A DNA stretch of 64,000 nt, from the NCBI RefSeq assembly GCF_006345805.1, contig NC_042997.1, positions 203,732,001-203,796,000 on the forward strand, in the 5' to 3' direction. Source of the stretch: Octopus sinensis (taxonomy: Eukaryota). A program made the position numbers and the translations under genes. The notes below the pieces were generated by a model. The model saw nothing but the letters and a program-made list of their open reading frames with translations. It ran no database searches and was not told where the DNA came from. Shown here one piece after another: positions 24,917 through 38,046 of the stretch (positions are counted from its first letter, which is position 1; each line of letters starts with the position of its first letter).

Positions 24917-25945
24917 TTTTTTTTTTCTTCTTTCAAATTTTCTTCCATTTCTTGCCGAGTGTCTTCCCGACTCCTAGGGCAAAGAAACTCATAGTGTATA
25001 TTGGTAGGCCATTAAACCAAACTCAGTAGTTCGTTCATTTTTTTTTATTAAAAAAATTTGTTTTTTAAAGTTAAATTAAAATGCATGAGCAGCAACAGTT
25101 CTCACATCGACAATGCTCTTCTCAATACGTGTGATGTACCAGTTAAGACAATCTTTTGCACTTCTTGCAGGGATGGTAAGCCAGGGATCATTCTCATATA
25201 ATTTTCGGTTCCCTTCTTGATCATTCCTAGTGCTCCTACGATCACTGGTATTGTAACCGCCTTGAGATGCCACATTTTCTCAATTTCAATGAGTAGGTCT
25301 TTATTTTCTGAGCTTGTCCAAACTCTTTCGCTGAGATATTATGATCACAGGGGATGCTCATGTCGATCAATAAGCAAACTTTATTGTTTTGGTCTTCACA
25401 ACAATATCTGGTTTATATTGGCCTTGATGGTTCGGTCTGTATGTACTGGAAAGTCCCACAGAATGGTTACATTTTCTCTCCTTCAGTTACAGCCTCAGGT
25501 GGTGATTATACCACTTGTCGGCAGTTTTGATATTGTATGCCGACTTATTAGCCAGTGGAGATATTGGCCAACTCTGTCATGTCCTTAATTTATACTCCAC
25601 TGGTGCTAAGACTTTACATCCCAGAGATTAGGGTGTCCACTGTTTCAATCATTCGTTGCAGAATCGGCATTTTGGGGTCTGCTCCATTTTTCATCACATT
25701 GGCCTGGTAGTTCCGGGGTTGATAGGCTTTGGTCTTGAGCAGCCAGGATGAAACCTTCGCTCTCTGCTTTAGCCCTGAGCTCCGCAGCCACTGATGGGTT
25801 TGCTTCTGGTCAACATCAGCTTGTTTGCTGCGGGTCACATATTTGCCGTCCTTCGCTCTCTGCTTTTTAGCCCTGAGCTCCGCAACCACTGATGGTTTGC
25901 TTCTGGTCAATATCAGCTTGTTTGCTGCGGTCACATATTTGCCGT
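24915..25945 (-). mobile_element. R4/Dong-like RLE LINE, 5'-truncated, with an approximately 95-bp tandem duplication at its 5' end
   Basis: QWLRSSGL, ETVDTLISG, ANRP-type RLE motifs. (TTA)n on both flanks. 25756-25850 is repeated at 25850-25945. Confidence 0.9.
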
Positions 25946-25951
25946 TTATTA

Positions 25952-26017
<66 letters not shown>

Positions 26018-26256
26018 TATTATTTTTTATCTATGTTTTACTTTTGTTTTTTGCTTTATATTTGAACAGGCTCCAAGTCCTCACCCAGAGACCTCAAGAG
26101 ACACATTTTGGAAGTTCCACGTTGTTGTTATGCCTAGTGTGGCCATATATTTAGTTGTTTTTTTTTTGGTGTTGTACTAGTGAATTCAAAAAAAAATTAT
26201 GTTTGTTTTAAAACCTTGAGATTACATAGAAAGTATTTTGCGTAGATATGAGCATA

Positions 26257-26355
<99 letters not shown>

Positions 26356-26362
26356 CATTACT

Positions 26363-26709
26363 TAAAGAACAAATATCAAAATTCGACTCAACGACTTTAT
26401 ATAACACCCTGCTTCCATACATTTGATCATATATAAATATTACCATGGCCTTTAACATATAAAGAAAACATAAAAAACACAAGGTAAATACATATATATA
26501 TATATACAAATAAAAATACAAATATCTAGAAGGTGTAGGCCGTTCTATATATTTGTATTTTTATTTGCATATATATTGTTCACCTTCTGTATTTTTTATA
26601 TATGTATTCTTTATATGTTAAAGGCCATGGTAATGTTTATATATGGTCAAATGTATGGAAGCGTGTTGTTATATAAAGTCGTTGACTCGAATTTGATTTT
26701 TGTTCTTTA
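26363..26709. mobile_element. MITE-like palindrome with about 170-bp arms, 11-nt spacer and TA ends
   Basis: TAAAGAAC..ATTCGACTCAACGACTTTATATAAC.. against ..GTTATATAAAGTCGTTGACTCGAAT..GTTCTTTA. Spacer at 26532-26542. Confidence 0.75.
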
Positions 26710-27335
26710 TATATGTATTCCTGTGTCAGTGATCAGATCGCAGTTTGTGCGACGTAAATTTTGACATTAAATAATATATATTGCAGTGAAGTTAACACAT
26801 TTTGTGCGTTTTTGAATGCCTGATATGTGTCTTCCATGCTGTTAAATTTATTTAACACCCCATCGAAATGACCATCAAAAAAATAAATTATTACTGGAAA
26901 ATCGAAAAAGAAATATTTTGCGTTTAGTAGATCCAAGAAAGATTAAACAGACCCTAAAACAGAAAACTAATGATTTGTAATACAATATCAGGGTTTAATT
27001 TTCGCTAATTATTTTATATTTAAGTATTGTCGAGCATAGAAAGAGCTACAAGTCTATGAACTAAACAGTGTACGTGTAATGATTGCATGCTCTAACATAT
27101 AATTTAAAAAGCAATAATAGTTACATATTTTCTTTTAAAGGTTTTCAGACAGGGTGAATTAGTGGCCATCTGCGTAGCTTCATTGAATTTTTAATCAATT
27201 TCTATTTCGGATTGGTTACCTTTGTCTTTGAGAAAAATTATGATTAACACTAACGAGTAATTAAAGACTGAATTTTATTTAAATATATTTTGTATGACCT
27301 ACCACATTGCATATGTTTGCCTTCATTAAAAATTC

Positions 27336-27682
27336 TTATTACCTCCGCCTTAGCGAAGGCGGAGGTATTGTTTTCAGTTGTGTTTGTTAGTCCGTAGACA
27401 AGATATCTGAAGAACCGCTGGATGGATTCGAATGAAACTTTCAGAGATGTTTGGCCTCGTGATTGGCCCGAACTGATTAAATTTTGGGATCGATCCGGTA
27501 CCGGACAAGGATTCTGGATTATTCTTTCTGTTTTTTTTTCTTTACTTAATTTTTGATAGCAGTCTGGTTCATTTTTAGTATTCTCGTTTGTGAGAGCAGT
27601 CGAGTTTATTTCAGATATTCCCGTTGAGAGGAGGTTGGTGTTACCTTGGCGGAGGTCTGCACTCTCTGAGTGCTCCTGTGTT
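27336..27682 (+). mobile_element. HINE/DINE-1-like Helentron-associated element
   Basis: 5' subTIR in the hairpin CCTCCGCCTTAGCGAAGGCGGAGG, 3' subTIR GGCGGAGGT (27648-27656) and 3' stem-loop GCACTCTCTGAGTGC. Confidence 0.75.
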
Positions 27683-28364
27683 AGAATTTGTCATACAAAA
27701 ATTGTAAGTTTGCTCCAATATGTGTTCGAGATTTTTAATAGCTTCCTTATCCTGCCAAGAGCCGCATGGTACAACAATTATTTTATGAAACTACTTATAG
27801 AGTTCATCGTATAAACCATATTCCCAGAAGAAATATATTTAAGCATTTCATACAGCTGCAGTGGAACTGTGTCAGTTTGTACGAAGAAAAATAATAAATG
27901 TTTAAGTGCAGTTAACAGTTTTTGTCTTTGAATGGATGGTATGTAGTGATTTCAACACTGTAATTGTTTCACTATATGGTCTCAGAGAAATCATTTGCCA
28001 AGCAGATACATCTCTGAAATACATTTTATTCTCCTCCCACGAAATATATATCCGAACACCCTCTTCAGATCTTAAAGAATAAAGTTTGCTAAATTTTAAA
28101 ATCCTTAACTTATAGGCGCCATTTTGTTTGTGTTGTTCGCTTCTTTTATTGCTTAATACATGCAGCTAGATTCCCATCGGCAAGATGAAAAGGTCTGATA
28201 TTGGGCATTAAAAAAATATATATATACATAAAATCGTTTCTTTCCAAGCAGGAATTACCATTTTTTAAATTCCACATAGGTCCTATCGGATTTCTATAAA
28301 TAGATTTGATTAGATTTATATTAGTGAAAATAGTTGACAAAATAAACCTGAAGTAAATTGTGGG

Positions 28365-28436
<72 letters not shown>

Positions 28437-28603
28437 GTGGGGAAAGACAGAGAGAGAGTGAAGGAGAGAGAGATGAATTATTAATTTATGAAGAAAATAA
28501 AGGAAGAAAAAAATTAAGAAAAACGATGAGTCAAACGATAAGAGGTTGGAAGGTCAAAGATTTGAAGAACAGTAATTATAAATAAAGCGAAATCTGTGAA
28601 GGG

Positions 28604-28635
<32 letters not shown>

Positions 28636-28998
28636 AATGGAGAGGCAAGGAGAGTGATGACTGTTTATATACATAATTAAGAGTGTGAGTTGGGGTAGTT
28701 TGCAGAAATAAATTTCTGAAAAAAAAAAACCCCCACAAAAAGCAGAAATAATAGTAACGTAATGAATCGCAAGAGAATTTTGCGTGACAAATTAAAGTGA
28801 AAATCGCCATAACATATCGAGAAAATTTATAGAAAAGCAACTTACAATCAAAAATGTATATTGTTGAATGAAAATTACTTCTTTGACCAATTTTCTTTTA
28901 AACCTTCATATATATAAATATTTATTTATTTTTTTAGGGACCTTGCCATTTTATTGGAGCTGGTTTTGGAAATATCCCGGATTTTTATTTTTAAAAAA

Positions 28999-29332
28999 AT
29001 GTCTCACTCACTAACAACTGCTCAAAATACTTTTCTTTTTATCGCGATCACTAATTTGATATTTGGATTATTTTGGACGACTGTAACTTCGCAGAGTAAC
29101 ACAAAGCAAAATTTCTGTAAACATACTTATGTGCATGAGATGGAAACGAAGTGCTCTTCTTGTGACACAGAACTTCTTGAAACATGTGGAGAATATCAAC
29201 TTATACCATCTTCGAAACAGACATGCCGTTACTTTGATTCTGGAACTGAATTACAAGGCTGCCTATGGTCGTGCAAACGTAATGTTACCAGACGTGTGTG
29301 TTGTCCTGGATTTTGGGGAGACAGCTGCTTAG
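28999..29332 (+). CDS. STAB1/STAB2-like: First coding exon of a stabilin-like scavenger receptor (signal peptide + N-terminal Cys-rich/EMI-like region)
   Basis: MSHSL..FLFIAITNLIFGLFWTTVTS signal peptide, then FCKH..ETKCSSC..C..TCRY..GCLWSCKRNVTRRVCCPGFWGDSCL. This matches the stabilin pattern I recall (TECRSC..CRY..GCRHICRK....RCCPG.WG.DC). Acceptor TTTTTTAG ends at 28937 and donor G|GTGAGT is at 29333 (phase 1, compatible with E of ECPGG). Confidence 0.8.
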
Positions 29333-29474
29333 GTGAGTCCACATATATATATTTATAAAATTAGAAAAAAACACCTTTTATCAATTCAAGTTTGGATTAA
29401 TATTCCCTCAAATAATAATAATAATAATTTATTATTATATATATATATATGTGTGTGTGTATATATATATATAG

Positions 29475-29511
<37 letters not shown>

Positions 29512-29559
29512 TATATATATATATATATATATAATAATATATATATATATATATATGCA

Positions 29560-29720
29560 TGTATATATATCTGTTTACTTCTGTGTTCCTTTCTGTCGAA
29601 GAGCGTAGGCTCGAAACGTAAAAGACTTCTTCACTTCCCGAGCGTTAAACTGATACATGTTTGTTGTTTACACACCTGTCTTTGTCTTTTGCTTTGTTTT
29701 TTGTAAATTCTCACTACATA
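29560..29720 (+). mobile_element. PLE pLTR-like module with variant minimal hammerhead
   Basis: CTTT-CTGTCGA-A-GAGC-GTAG-GCTC-GAAACGTA-AAAG at 29589-29624. Same family as 11700. Confidence 0.6.
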
Positions 29721-29774
29721 TAAATATATATAATTGTTCATTTTATGCGTGTGTTTAACATAGGGATTAGCTAA

Positions 29775-29985
29775 GGTGGTTAGCTGGCAGAATCGTTAGC
29801 AAGCCGTGCAAAATACATAACCACATTTCCGATTTAATGTTCTGAATTCAAATATCACCGGGGTCGCCTTTTTCCTTTCATTTGGAGTGGATAAAATAAA
29901 CACCAGTTGTGTACAGGGATCGATGTGATCGACTTCCCACGACCCCTAAACTGTTGGCCTTGTGCCAAAATTTGAAACCAATATA
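29775..29985 (+). mobile_element. SINE family B (a further minus-strand copy at about 30030-30200)
   Basis: GCTGGCAGAATCGTTAGC...TTCTGAATTCAAAT. Confidence 0.7.
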
Positions 29986-30256
29986 TAGATCTACTAGCAT
30001 AATAATTTTTGATTGAGGCACAAAGCCAGCAATTTTGATGGGGTGGTGGAGAGTAGTCGAGACGATCGATTCCAGTACGAAACTAGAATTTTACTTTATT
30101 GACTCTGGCGGGATGAAATGCAAAGTTAACTTTAGCTGGATTTGAACTCAGAATGTAAAGAAGTTGAATCCGAATACTGGAGAACATTTTGCCTGGCGCT
30201 CCGATTCTGTCAGTCGACCACCCCAACCATGATGATGATGATGATGATGATGATGA

Positions 30257-30329
<73 letters not shown>

Positions 30330-30344
30330 TAGTTTTATTTTTAT

Positions 30345-30802
30345 AGCGTGCTTTCATTTCACTACCGAGCGCAGCTCTGTGTGCCTTAGGTATGTGCTGT
30401 GATTTGTTGTGATGCTCTGATGGTTATTGTATGGAAAGTGTTCTGCGTAGGATGTGTGCAGTGCCTAGTAGTGCAATTTTCTGTATGTTATATGTGTTTG
30501 TAAGTCCTGGTGTTTTTGTTATGTATTTGTCTGAATATTTTTTTTATCATGCCTAATGCACCTACTATGATAGGATTGTTTTGTTTTTAGATTCCACATT
30601 CTGGACCCTCTTTCCAGGTCTTTGTATTTTGAAAATTCTCCATTTCTTTTAGAGACACGTTGTCATCTGCCGGTATTGATACATCAATTAGAAAGCATTT
30701 TTTTTCTTCATGATCTCTGACAACTATATCTGGTCTGTTAGCCTTAATTTCTCTATCTGTGTGTATCGGCATATCCCAGTTGCTTTCTCGTTTTCTGTGA
30801 CC

Positions 30803-30805
<3 letters not shown>
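30345..30805 (-). mobile_element. R4/Dong-like RLE LINE 3' fragment
   Basis: MPIHTDREIKANRPDIVVRDHEEKKCFLIDVSIP (RLE). (TTA)n on both sides. Confidence 0.9.
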
Positions 30806-30855
<50 letters not shown>

Positions 30856-30856
<1 letters not shown>

Positions 30857-31065
30857 GGCGGTGAGCTGGCAGAATCGTTAGCACGCCAAGCAAAATGCTT
30901 AGCGGCATTTCGTCCGCCTTTACGTTCTGAGTTCAAATTCCGCCGAGGTCAACTTTGCCTTCCATCCTTTCGGGGTCGATAAAATAAATACCAGTTGAGT
31001 ACTGGGGTCGATGCAATCGACTTACCCCCCTTCCCGAAATTACTGGCCTTGTGCCAAAATTTGAA
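30856..31065 (+). mobile_element. SINE family B
   Basis: GGCGGTGAGCTGGCAGAATCGTTAGCACG...TCATCCTTTCGGGGTCGATAAAAT. Confidence 0.85.
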
Positions 31066-31099
31066 ATCATCATCATCATCATAATCATCATCATTAATT

Positions 31100-32610
31100 G
31101 ATGAAAACTCTCAGCTTATTTTGCTGGGTATGATGGAAAGTGTCAGTCGTACACAACCCGCAGACTAATGTGACACTTGTTTACTGGTCCTGCTTCAAGG
31201 ACCCTAGGAGGAATTTTTGTAGCTCCAAGTAATGCTGATTTTTGTAAGTGTTCTATCTATACATTTGTACCAATCTTTTTGGGCCATGTTGGTAGTTGAG
31301 CGCTGATACTTCCAAGTGCGCCAGTTAATACTGGTGTCACTTCTGCTCTCCTCATTGACCACAACTTTCGTATTTCCCACTTCAAATCGTCGTAGTTGTT
31401 CAGTTTGTCCTCTTCTTTCTCTTTGACCCTGTTGTCACATAGACACGCTATGTCGATTATCATGCAAGTTCTTTCTTTTTTATTCACCACAACAATGTCC
31501 GATTTGCGATGTCTGGTCAGGTGGTCGCACTGAATCATTGTAGCCAACAGGATTTTGCAATCTTCATTCTCGATGGTTTCTTCTAGGGTTTTCTCGCGTC
31601 TTTGCTCTTTGTAGGCCGTAATTCCCACTGAGTTCCTAATGGATAATTTTTGTCACGCGGAGGTGTAATGGCCCAGTGGTTAGGGCAGCGGACTCGCGGT
31701 CGTAGGATCGCAGTTTCAATTCCCAGACCGGGCGTTGTGAGTGTTTATTGAGCGAAAACACCTAAAGCTCCACGATGCTCCGGTAGGGGTGGTGGCGATC
31801 CCTGCTGTACTCTTTCGCCACAACTTTCTCTCATTCTTTCTTCTGTTGGCCTGCTCACTTAGCCAGCGGGGTGGCGTCATTTGGAGGCTATAACAATGCG
31901 AGGCGCATTGTGACCAGCGATGTGTAGCAACATCTCATAAGCCTGGTCGGTCACGTGATCACGTGAATTCTTGTCACATTGTCATATCATCTTTTGTATT
32001 CACGTTGTGCCAATTTCGTGCTTTCGCTAACGATGTACCATACCGTTTCACCCCTCTCACCACACATTCTGCGTTTGTCGCTGTTGGTAGTGTTATCGAT
32101 TTTGCACTTCACATAGTTAGTCCTTAATGCTTGTTCTTGTGCTGTGCATATAAGTGCTTCTGCTTCTATCATTAGGTCACTCCTCCTCATCCATAGCCAC
32201 CGGTCTTCTGGCGTTCGTATGCCTTGCAAACTGACCGTACATTTTTCTCCTTCCATGCTGTTACTTTCTTTGTGTTCTTTTCCTCTTTAAGATTTTCTTT
32301 CTTTACACAGTTGTCTTGATGACGCCGGACTTCTTCACATGTTTCAACAATGTTTCCACGCTATTTTTTACATACCACCCAAATGTATTTTCCTCTGCAT
32401 CGATACAACCCTGCAAATTGATCAAATCTCTCTCACCCTTTCTTTTGGACAATTACAGCCTATCGGTGTCACTTTTAGGGTGGACGGCTCCACACACTGT
32501 CAATATTTTTCTTGTTTTCGTATCTATGTCCGTCAGTTCTTTCTTTTGTCAGTTTATGAATCCAGCTCCATACTGAAGTGATGCAATTGCCCATGTATTA
32601 ACTGCTTGGA
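31100..32610 (-). mobile_element. R4/Dong-like RLE LINE fragment interrupted by a SINE
   Basis: WLWMRRSDLMIEAEALICTAQEQALRTNY, KRRMCGERGETV, IQCDHLTRHRKSDIVVVNKKERTCMIIDIAC. Confidence 0.9.
31657..31965 (+). mobile_element. tRNA-derived SINE family C with 12-bp target-site duplication
   Basis: Head TGGCCCAGTGGTTAGG..GTTTCAATTCCC. TSD AATT(T/C)TTGTCAC at 31645-31656 and 31966-31977. Confidence 0.85.
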
Positions 32611-32654
32611 TCTTCTTCTTCTTCTTCTTCTTCTTCTTCTTCTTCTTCTTCTTC

Positions 32655-32696
<42 letters not shown>

Positions 32697-32864
32697 GTTG
32701 TTTAACGTCCATTTTCTATGCTGTATCTGTATTGTCCCCCCTCAATCTTCGCACTTGTGGCAAATAAATGAAATCATTATAATTATTATTATTACTGAGC
32801 AGAATCGTTAGCGCACGCCGGGCAAAATACTTGACAGAATTTTGTATGTTTGTGGGCGAGCAAG

Positions 32865-32899
<35 letters not shown>

Positions 32900-33059
32900 C
32901 TTCTTCTTCTTCTTCTTCTTCTTCTTCTCCTCCTCCTTCTTCTTCTTCTTCTTCTTCTTCACCACTCAGGTTTTGTTGGAACTCCTGGAATCTTGCATGC
33001 TGTGCCGGCTTTCGGCCCGCAGCCTGCAGCCTGCGGTACAATGCTATCTGTTCTTATCA

Positions 33060-34615
33060 ACTAATACTTTTCTGATTATTCTGGCCGTGCCAAGGGGGCC
33101 AACCTTTTGTAACAGTTCTACTGGGTACTCTATTCCGATTTCCTTTGTATTCCTCTAGATTGAACGAAAGAAAGATATAAAAAAGAAAACAAAAAAAAAA
33201 AGGGAAGGAAATTCACAGTGACAATGCGCTTCTCAATACATGTGATGTCCCAGTTAAAACAATCTTTTGCACTTCTTGCATGGACGGTAAGCCAGGGATC
33301 ATTCTCAAATAGTTTTCAGATCCTTTTTTAATCATTCCACGTGCTCTTACAATCATTGGCATTGTAACCGTTCTCAGATGACGTATTTTCTCAAGTTCAG
33401 TGAGCAGATCTTTATATTTTCTGAGCTTAACAAATTCTTTTGCCGAGATATTATGATCACATGTTTTGGTCATTCACAGCAATATCCGGTTTATTAGCTT
33501 TGACGGTTTTGTCTGTATGTACTGAAAAGTCCCAAAGAATTGTTACATTGTCTCCATCAGTTACTGCTTCGGGGTGGTGCTTATACCATTTGCCAGAAGT
33601 TTTGATTATAAAATGCCGGCATATTAAATGGTGTAGATATTGACCAGGTCTGTCATATCTTGATTTATACTCTTTAGTTGCCGAAACTTTACATCTAGAA
33701 ATTAAGTGGTCCACTTTTTCTTATCGTTGCAGTATCGGCACTTTGGGTCTACTCCATTTTCCTCACATAGGCTTGATATTTGCGGTCAGTAAGCTCTGAT
33801 CTTGAGCAGCTAAGACGAAGCCTTCGTTCCTTGCCTTTAGCCCTGAGCTCCGCAGCCACTGATGATTCTGGTCTACATCAGTTTGTTTGCTACAGGCTAC
33901 ATATTTACTATGCAGAAGTTTTTGTTTCCACCTATACGCTTTTTGTTAATACGCTTACTTTTCCTTGTCAGTGATTTCAGCTTTGCAGCAACAGTTGCTG
34001 CACTTTCATCATGCTGTTCTGCCTGGGTATTATGCATAAACTCAATAGCAATTTTTTTGCTCTCTTCCATAACAGTGAAGCTTCGTACGCCTCTCGTGAT
34101 CTTCAACGAGTTTTAGCATCCGGCCGTTAGATGTTTCAAGATATTCGGCCAGTCCAGTTGTGGCGGTTTTGTAAGAGATTTTCATCTGGATCCAACCTCG
34201 ACCTCCTTGTGCTCTGGGAAGGTAAAGACGATCCATGTCTGTCTTTGGATGGTGCATCTTATTACAATTTTCCTGTCAATTTCCTCATTTCATTGATATT
34301 CCAGTTCAACACATTCAAGCTATAAATAACAACTGGAACTGATAAGGAATTTATTACTAACACCTTGTCACGTGCATCCAGGTTTCAGAACTGCTCGAAA
34401 TCTCCAGCAATATTCCTTCCTGGTCTTCTCTCTCATGCTTGCATGCTGAAATTCCAGAGCCTTCATTTATTCCGAGGTATTTGTAAGTTTGTTCCTGCTC
34501 AAGTTCTTTTATAACTGTGTCAATATCTAACTTGATCGAATTTGAGGTCTTCAATTTACCTTCCTGGAAAGTGGCCTTGGCACATTTATCAGGACCAAAT
34601 TCCATCCCGATACTG
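33060..34615 (-). mobile_element. R4/Dong-like RLE LINE (RT C-terminus to 3' UTR)
   Basis: MEFGPDKCAKATF..TYKYLGI, HHPKTDMDRLYLPRAQGGRG, DHLISRC, ILWDFSVHTDKTVKANKPDI. Confidence 0.9.
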
Positions 34616-34639
34616 TTCTGTATTTAAGAGATGAGAAAT

Positions 34640-34800
34640 TATGTACATTATTTATATTATTTACATTATTTACATTTCATGGATATTTGTCCTAATCTTG
34701 TTTGTTGTTAACAAAACGTTTCGGCTGATATACCCTCCTGCCTTCTTCAGGCATCTTGGGGAAATTTCGAATCTGGGTTCTCATTCCTAAGGTATTTTTG
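34640..34800 (-). mobile_element. PLE pLTR-like module with hammerhead core
   Basis: Minus strand reads CTGAAGA-A-GGC..GCC-GAAACGTT at 34711-34750. Confidence 0.55.
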
Positions 34801-34826
34801 ATGTTGTTATTATTATTATTATATTA

Positions 34827-34942
<116 letters not shown>

Positions 34943-35146
34943 TATAAAGGATTGAGGTAACTCCTCCAGAAGATATAGAGTCAAAATTAAAAGAAGAGTG
35001 CCATTGTCATCTAGTGAACGATATTTTGACATCTTGTGTGTCTTCAACAGGTTCAAAAATTAAATTTGTCAATCTACTTCATTTTGGTTAATATAGAAAG
35101 GATTGAGGTAACCCCCGCAGAAGATATAGAGTCAAAATTATTATCA

Positions 35147-35228
<82 letters not shown>

Positions 35229-35243
35229 AATCCTTTGTCAGAC

Positions 35244-36770
35244 TGTTGTAACGCCCACTCCGGTGTAGCAGAATAGTAAGTTAGACAAGTAAGATCATAA
35301 CTATCTATGACTATCTACTTCCGTACTCTCTGCAGACACTGACCGACGTCACCTTATTTATAGCGACTAGCACATACCACTCGTCATGCGGGAGAGGTGT
35401 ACCATTATTACTATTATCCCCATAACATCTCCCCTTTTAAGTTTTTCTTTTTACTTAGGGAGTGTAATTTTATTTCTTTTAATAGCAATAATTTTTACAT
35501 CACTCCACCTCACTTTTTTTAGTTTTTTTCATACAGTTACACATTTTATATCTTTTTTGTTTGGCATCCACTTCCAGAAACACCGTACACTTTCTTTTTC
35601 TTACGCTTGTGCGTCTGGATTCAACCACCCGCAGTGGCGTGGGTATTTGAAAAGTATCATATAATCATTCCATTAGTTCTTCCATTCTCTTGGGCCCGTT
35701 CTCAACGAATCTTTTTCTTAGTTGGTTACGCGTCTCTTGTATACTCCTTTTCTTACTTTTACCAAGAATAGCATTTTTCCTATGCGTTTGGTAATAACGC
35801 CATCTTTCCAACTTTGTTTTCCGTTCTTATATACCCTCACAAATACCTTTTCACCAATTTTGAAATATTTTGCTGTATTTTCCATTGCAATTTTTCTTTT
35901 CTTGCCAGGTAGCAATTTATCGAAGACTGATTTTATTTTCCTCGCAAACATCAGCTCCACTGGTGACATACCTGCTGGTGTATTTGGATTTGGTGTCACA
36001 TAGTATACTCTTAAGAATTGTTGTAGAACTACCTTATCAGTGACTTCCTTAACGATTTTCTCAGGGTGTGAGCATTCTTCATCACCTTGGATTTGTAGAT
36101 ATGCCTCCGAGGGGTCTAATTTTGAGAAGAATTTCCCTCCCTTCAATTATGTGAACACTTCCTCAGGACTTGGCATTGGGTAGTTATGCGAGATTAAGCA
36201 ATCATTCAACCCCGTTAAAAAATCTGCACCAACTCTTAACTTATTATTTTTCTTTTTAACGTTGGCCGCAGGTGTTGCCCAGTCTGAGTGGTCCGCCTTC
36301 TCGATTACTCCTAGGCTTTGACGTCTTTCAAGTTCCTTATTTACCTGTTCTATTGCCGTGAATGGTTCATTCCGTTTTGGCTTAAATACAAATGCACTTT
36401 GTTTTACTGCAATTTTCGCCTTCGTTTTCGTGCAGCAGCCCAGTTCATTCGAGAAAACATCTGGAAATAAAAGTTTTAATTTTTGTTTCAGTCCCCCAGC
36501 CGCATTCGAGCTTTCGAGCGAACAGACTATATTCCCACACAAAACGCTTATGGGCATGTTCCGCAATTTGAATAGTTCCATCCACTCTGTGCCGAATAGA
36601 TTAACTGAACTTTTTAACACATACTTTTGCCGTTTTCATTTGGTCACGAAATGTTACATAACACACAAATTCACCTACAAAATACAGTCTTTTTCCCCGT
36701 AACACCGTCCGCTACTTTTGCAAATTTACTTAATTTTGGCTTACAGATATCCTTCCAAGTTTCTTACAAT
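35244..36770 (-). mobile_element. Ty3/Gypsy LTR retrotransposon remnant with a large internal deletion and 3' LTR
   Basis: Protease tail, RT N-terminus (SDWATP..VKKKNNKLRVGADFLTGLN..YPMP, GGKFFSKLD.SEAYLQI) fused to the integrase C-terminus (LQQFLRVY..TP..SPVELMFARKI). PPT AAAAGGGGAGA at 35428-35438 abuts an LTR reading TGTTATG...ACAACA (about 35244-35427). Confidence 0.85.
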
Positions 36771-36774
36771 GTTA

Positions 36775-36842
36775 ATATTGACACTTGTCAAGGTCGGAAA
36801 CACATAAGATCATTCATGTAGATTGCGTGTTTATACACACAC

Positions 36843-36850
<8 letters not shown>
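36775..36850 (+). repeat. Short interspersed repeat preceding a (TATC)n array, second copy at 53433-53512
   Basis: TATTGACACTTGTCAAGG.CGGAAACACATAAGATCATT.ATGTAGATTGCGTG is present at both sites. Confidence 0.75.
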
Positions 36851-36900
<50 letters not shown>

Positions 36901-36905
36901 GTCTA

Positions 36906-36937
<32 letters not shown>

Positions 36938-36975
36938 GCTGTCTGTCTGCCTGTCCCTTTTTCACCTTCTCTGTC

Positions 36976-37069
<94 letters not shown>

Positions 37070-37339
37070 CGTACACACACACACATTCAGACACACACAA
37101 TGTTTTCATATTTTCCGTTTAGTCGCAATGTTATTTCCTCGATCTCAAACTCTCCACTTCAATCAGAAACTTTTAGTTGTCTGACTTGAAAATTTCCTTC
37201 TGTTAATTACCCCGAAATTGCTGGACTTGTGTCAAAATTTGAAACAACAACAACAACAACAACAACAATAATAGTCATTTTGATGGCATGCACTGCTCTC
37301 TCACTCAATAATAATCATTATTAATATTAATATTATTAT

Positions 37340-37550
37340 TAAGGCGACAATCTGGCAGAATCGGTAGCACGCTGGACGAAATGCTTAGCGGTATTTCGTC
37401 TGCCGCTACGTTCTGAGTTCAAATTCCGCCGAGGTCGACTTTGCCTTTCATTCTTTCAGGTCGATAAAATTAAATACCAGTCAAGTACTGGGGTCAATGT
37501 AATCAACTATCTCCCTCCCCCAAATTTCAGACCTTGTACCCTTAGTAGAA
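37340..37550 (+). mobile_element. SINE family B
   Basis: Similar to 30856-31065. Confidence 0.85.
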
Positions 37551-38006
37551 AATATTATTGTTGTTATTGTTCTTGTCGTCGTCGTCACCATCAAGAGGCG
37601 TTCCTCTATCAAGAGGGCCACATCTCTATCATCTTCCCCACTACTTTTTTTTTTTACCTTTGTATGCATATGTTCCTTTTCGTTCAGTGTATACTTACCT
37701 TTTGCTTTTATCATTTCCTTATTATATGTAAACTCCCCACACCTTATGTCTGTATCTGTATTGTCCCCCCCCTCAATCTTCGCACCTGTGGCAAATAAAT
37801 GAAATCATTATAATTATTATTATTACTGAGCAGAATCGTTAGCGCACGCGGGCAAAATACTTAACAGAATTTTGTGTGTTTGTGGGCGAGCGAGTTGTTG
37901 TTGTTGTTGCTGCTTCTGCTGCTGCTGCTGCTGCTGCTGTTGTTGTTGTTGTTGTTGTTGTTGTTCTTCTTCTTCTTCTTCTGCCTTTCTTCTTTCTGAT
38001 TCTTAC

Positions 38007-38040
<34 letters not shown>

Positions 38041-38046
38041 ATTATT

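Noticed and set aside
31657-31730. tRNA genes at SINE heads (also about 900, 22950-23020, 59030)
   Set aside because: A and B boxes are present but there is no full cloverleaf, and each continues into a SINE body.
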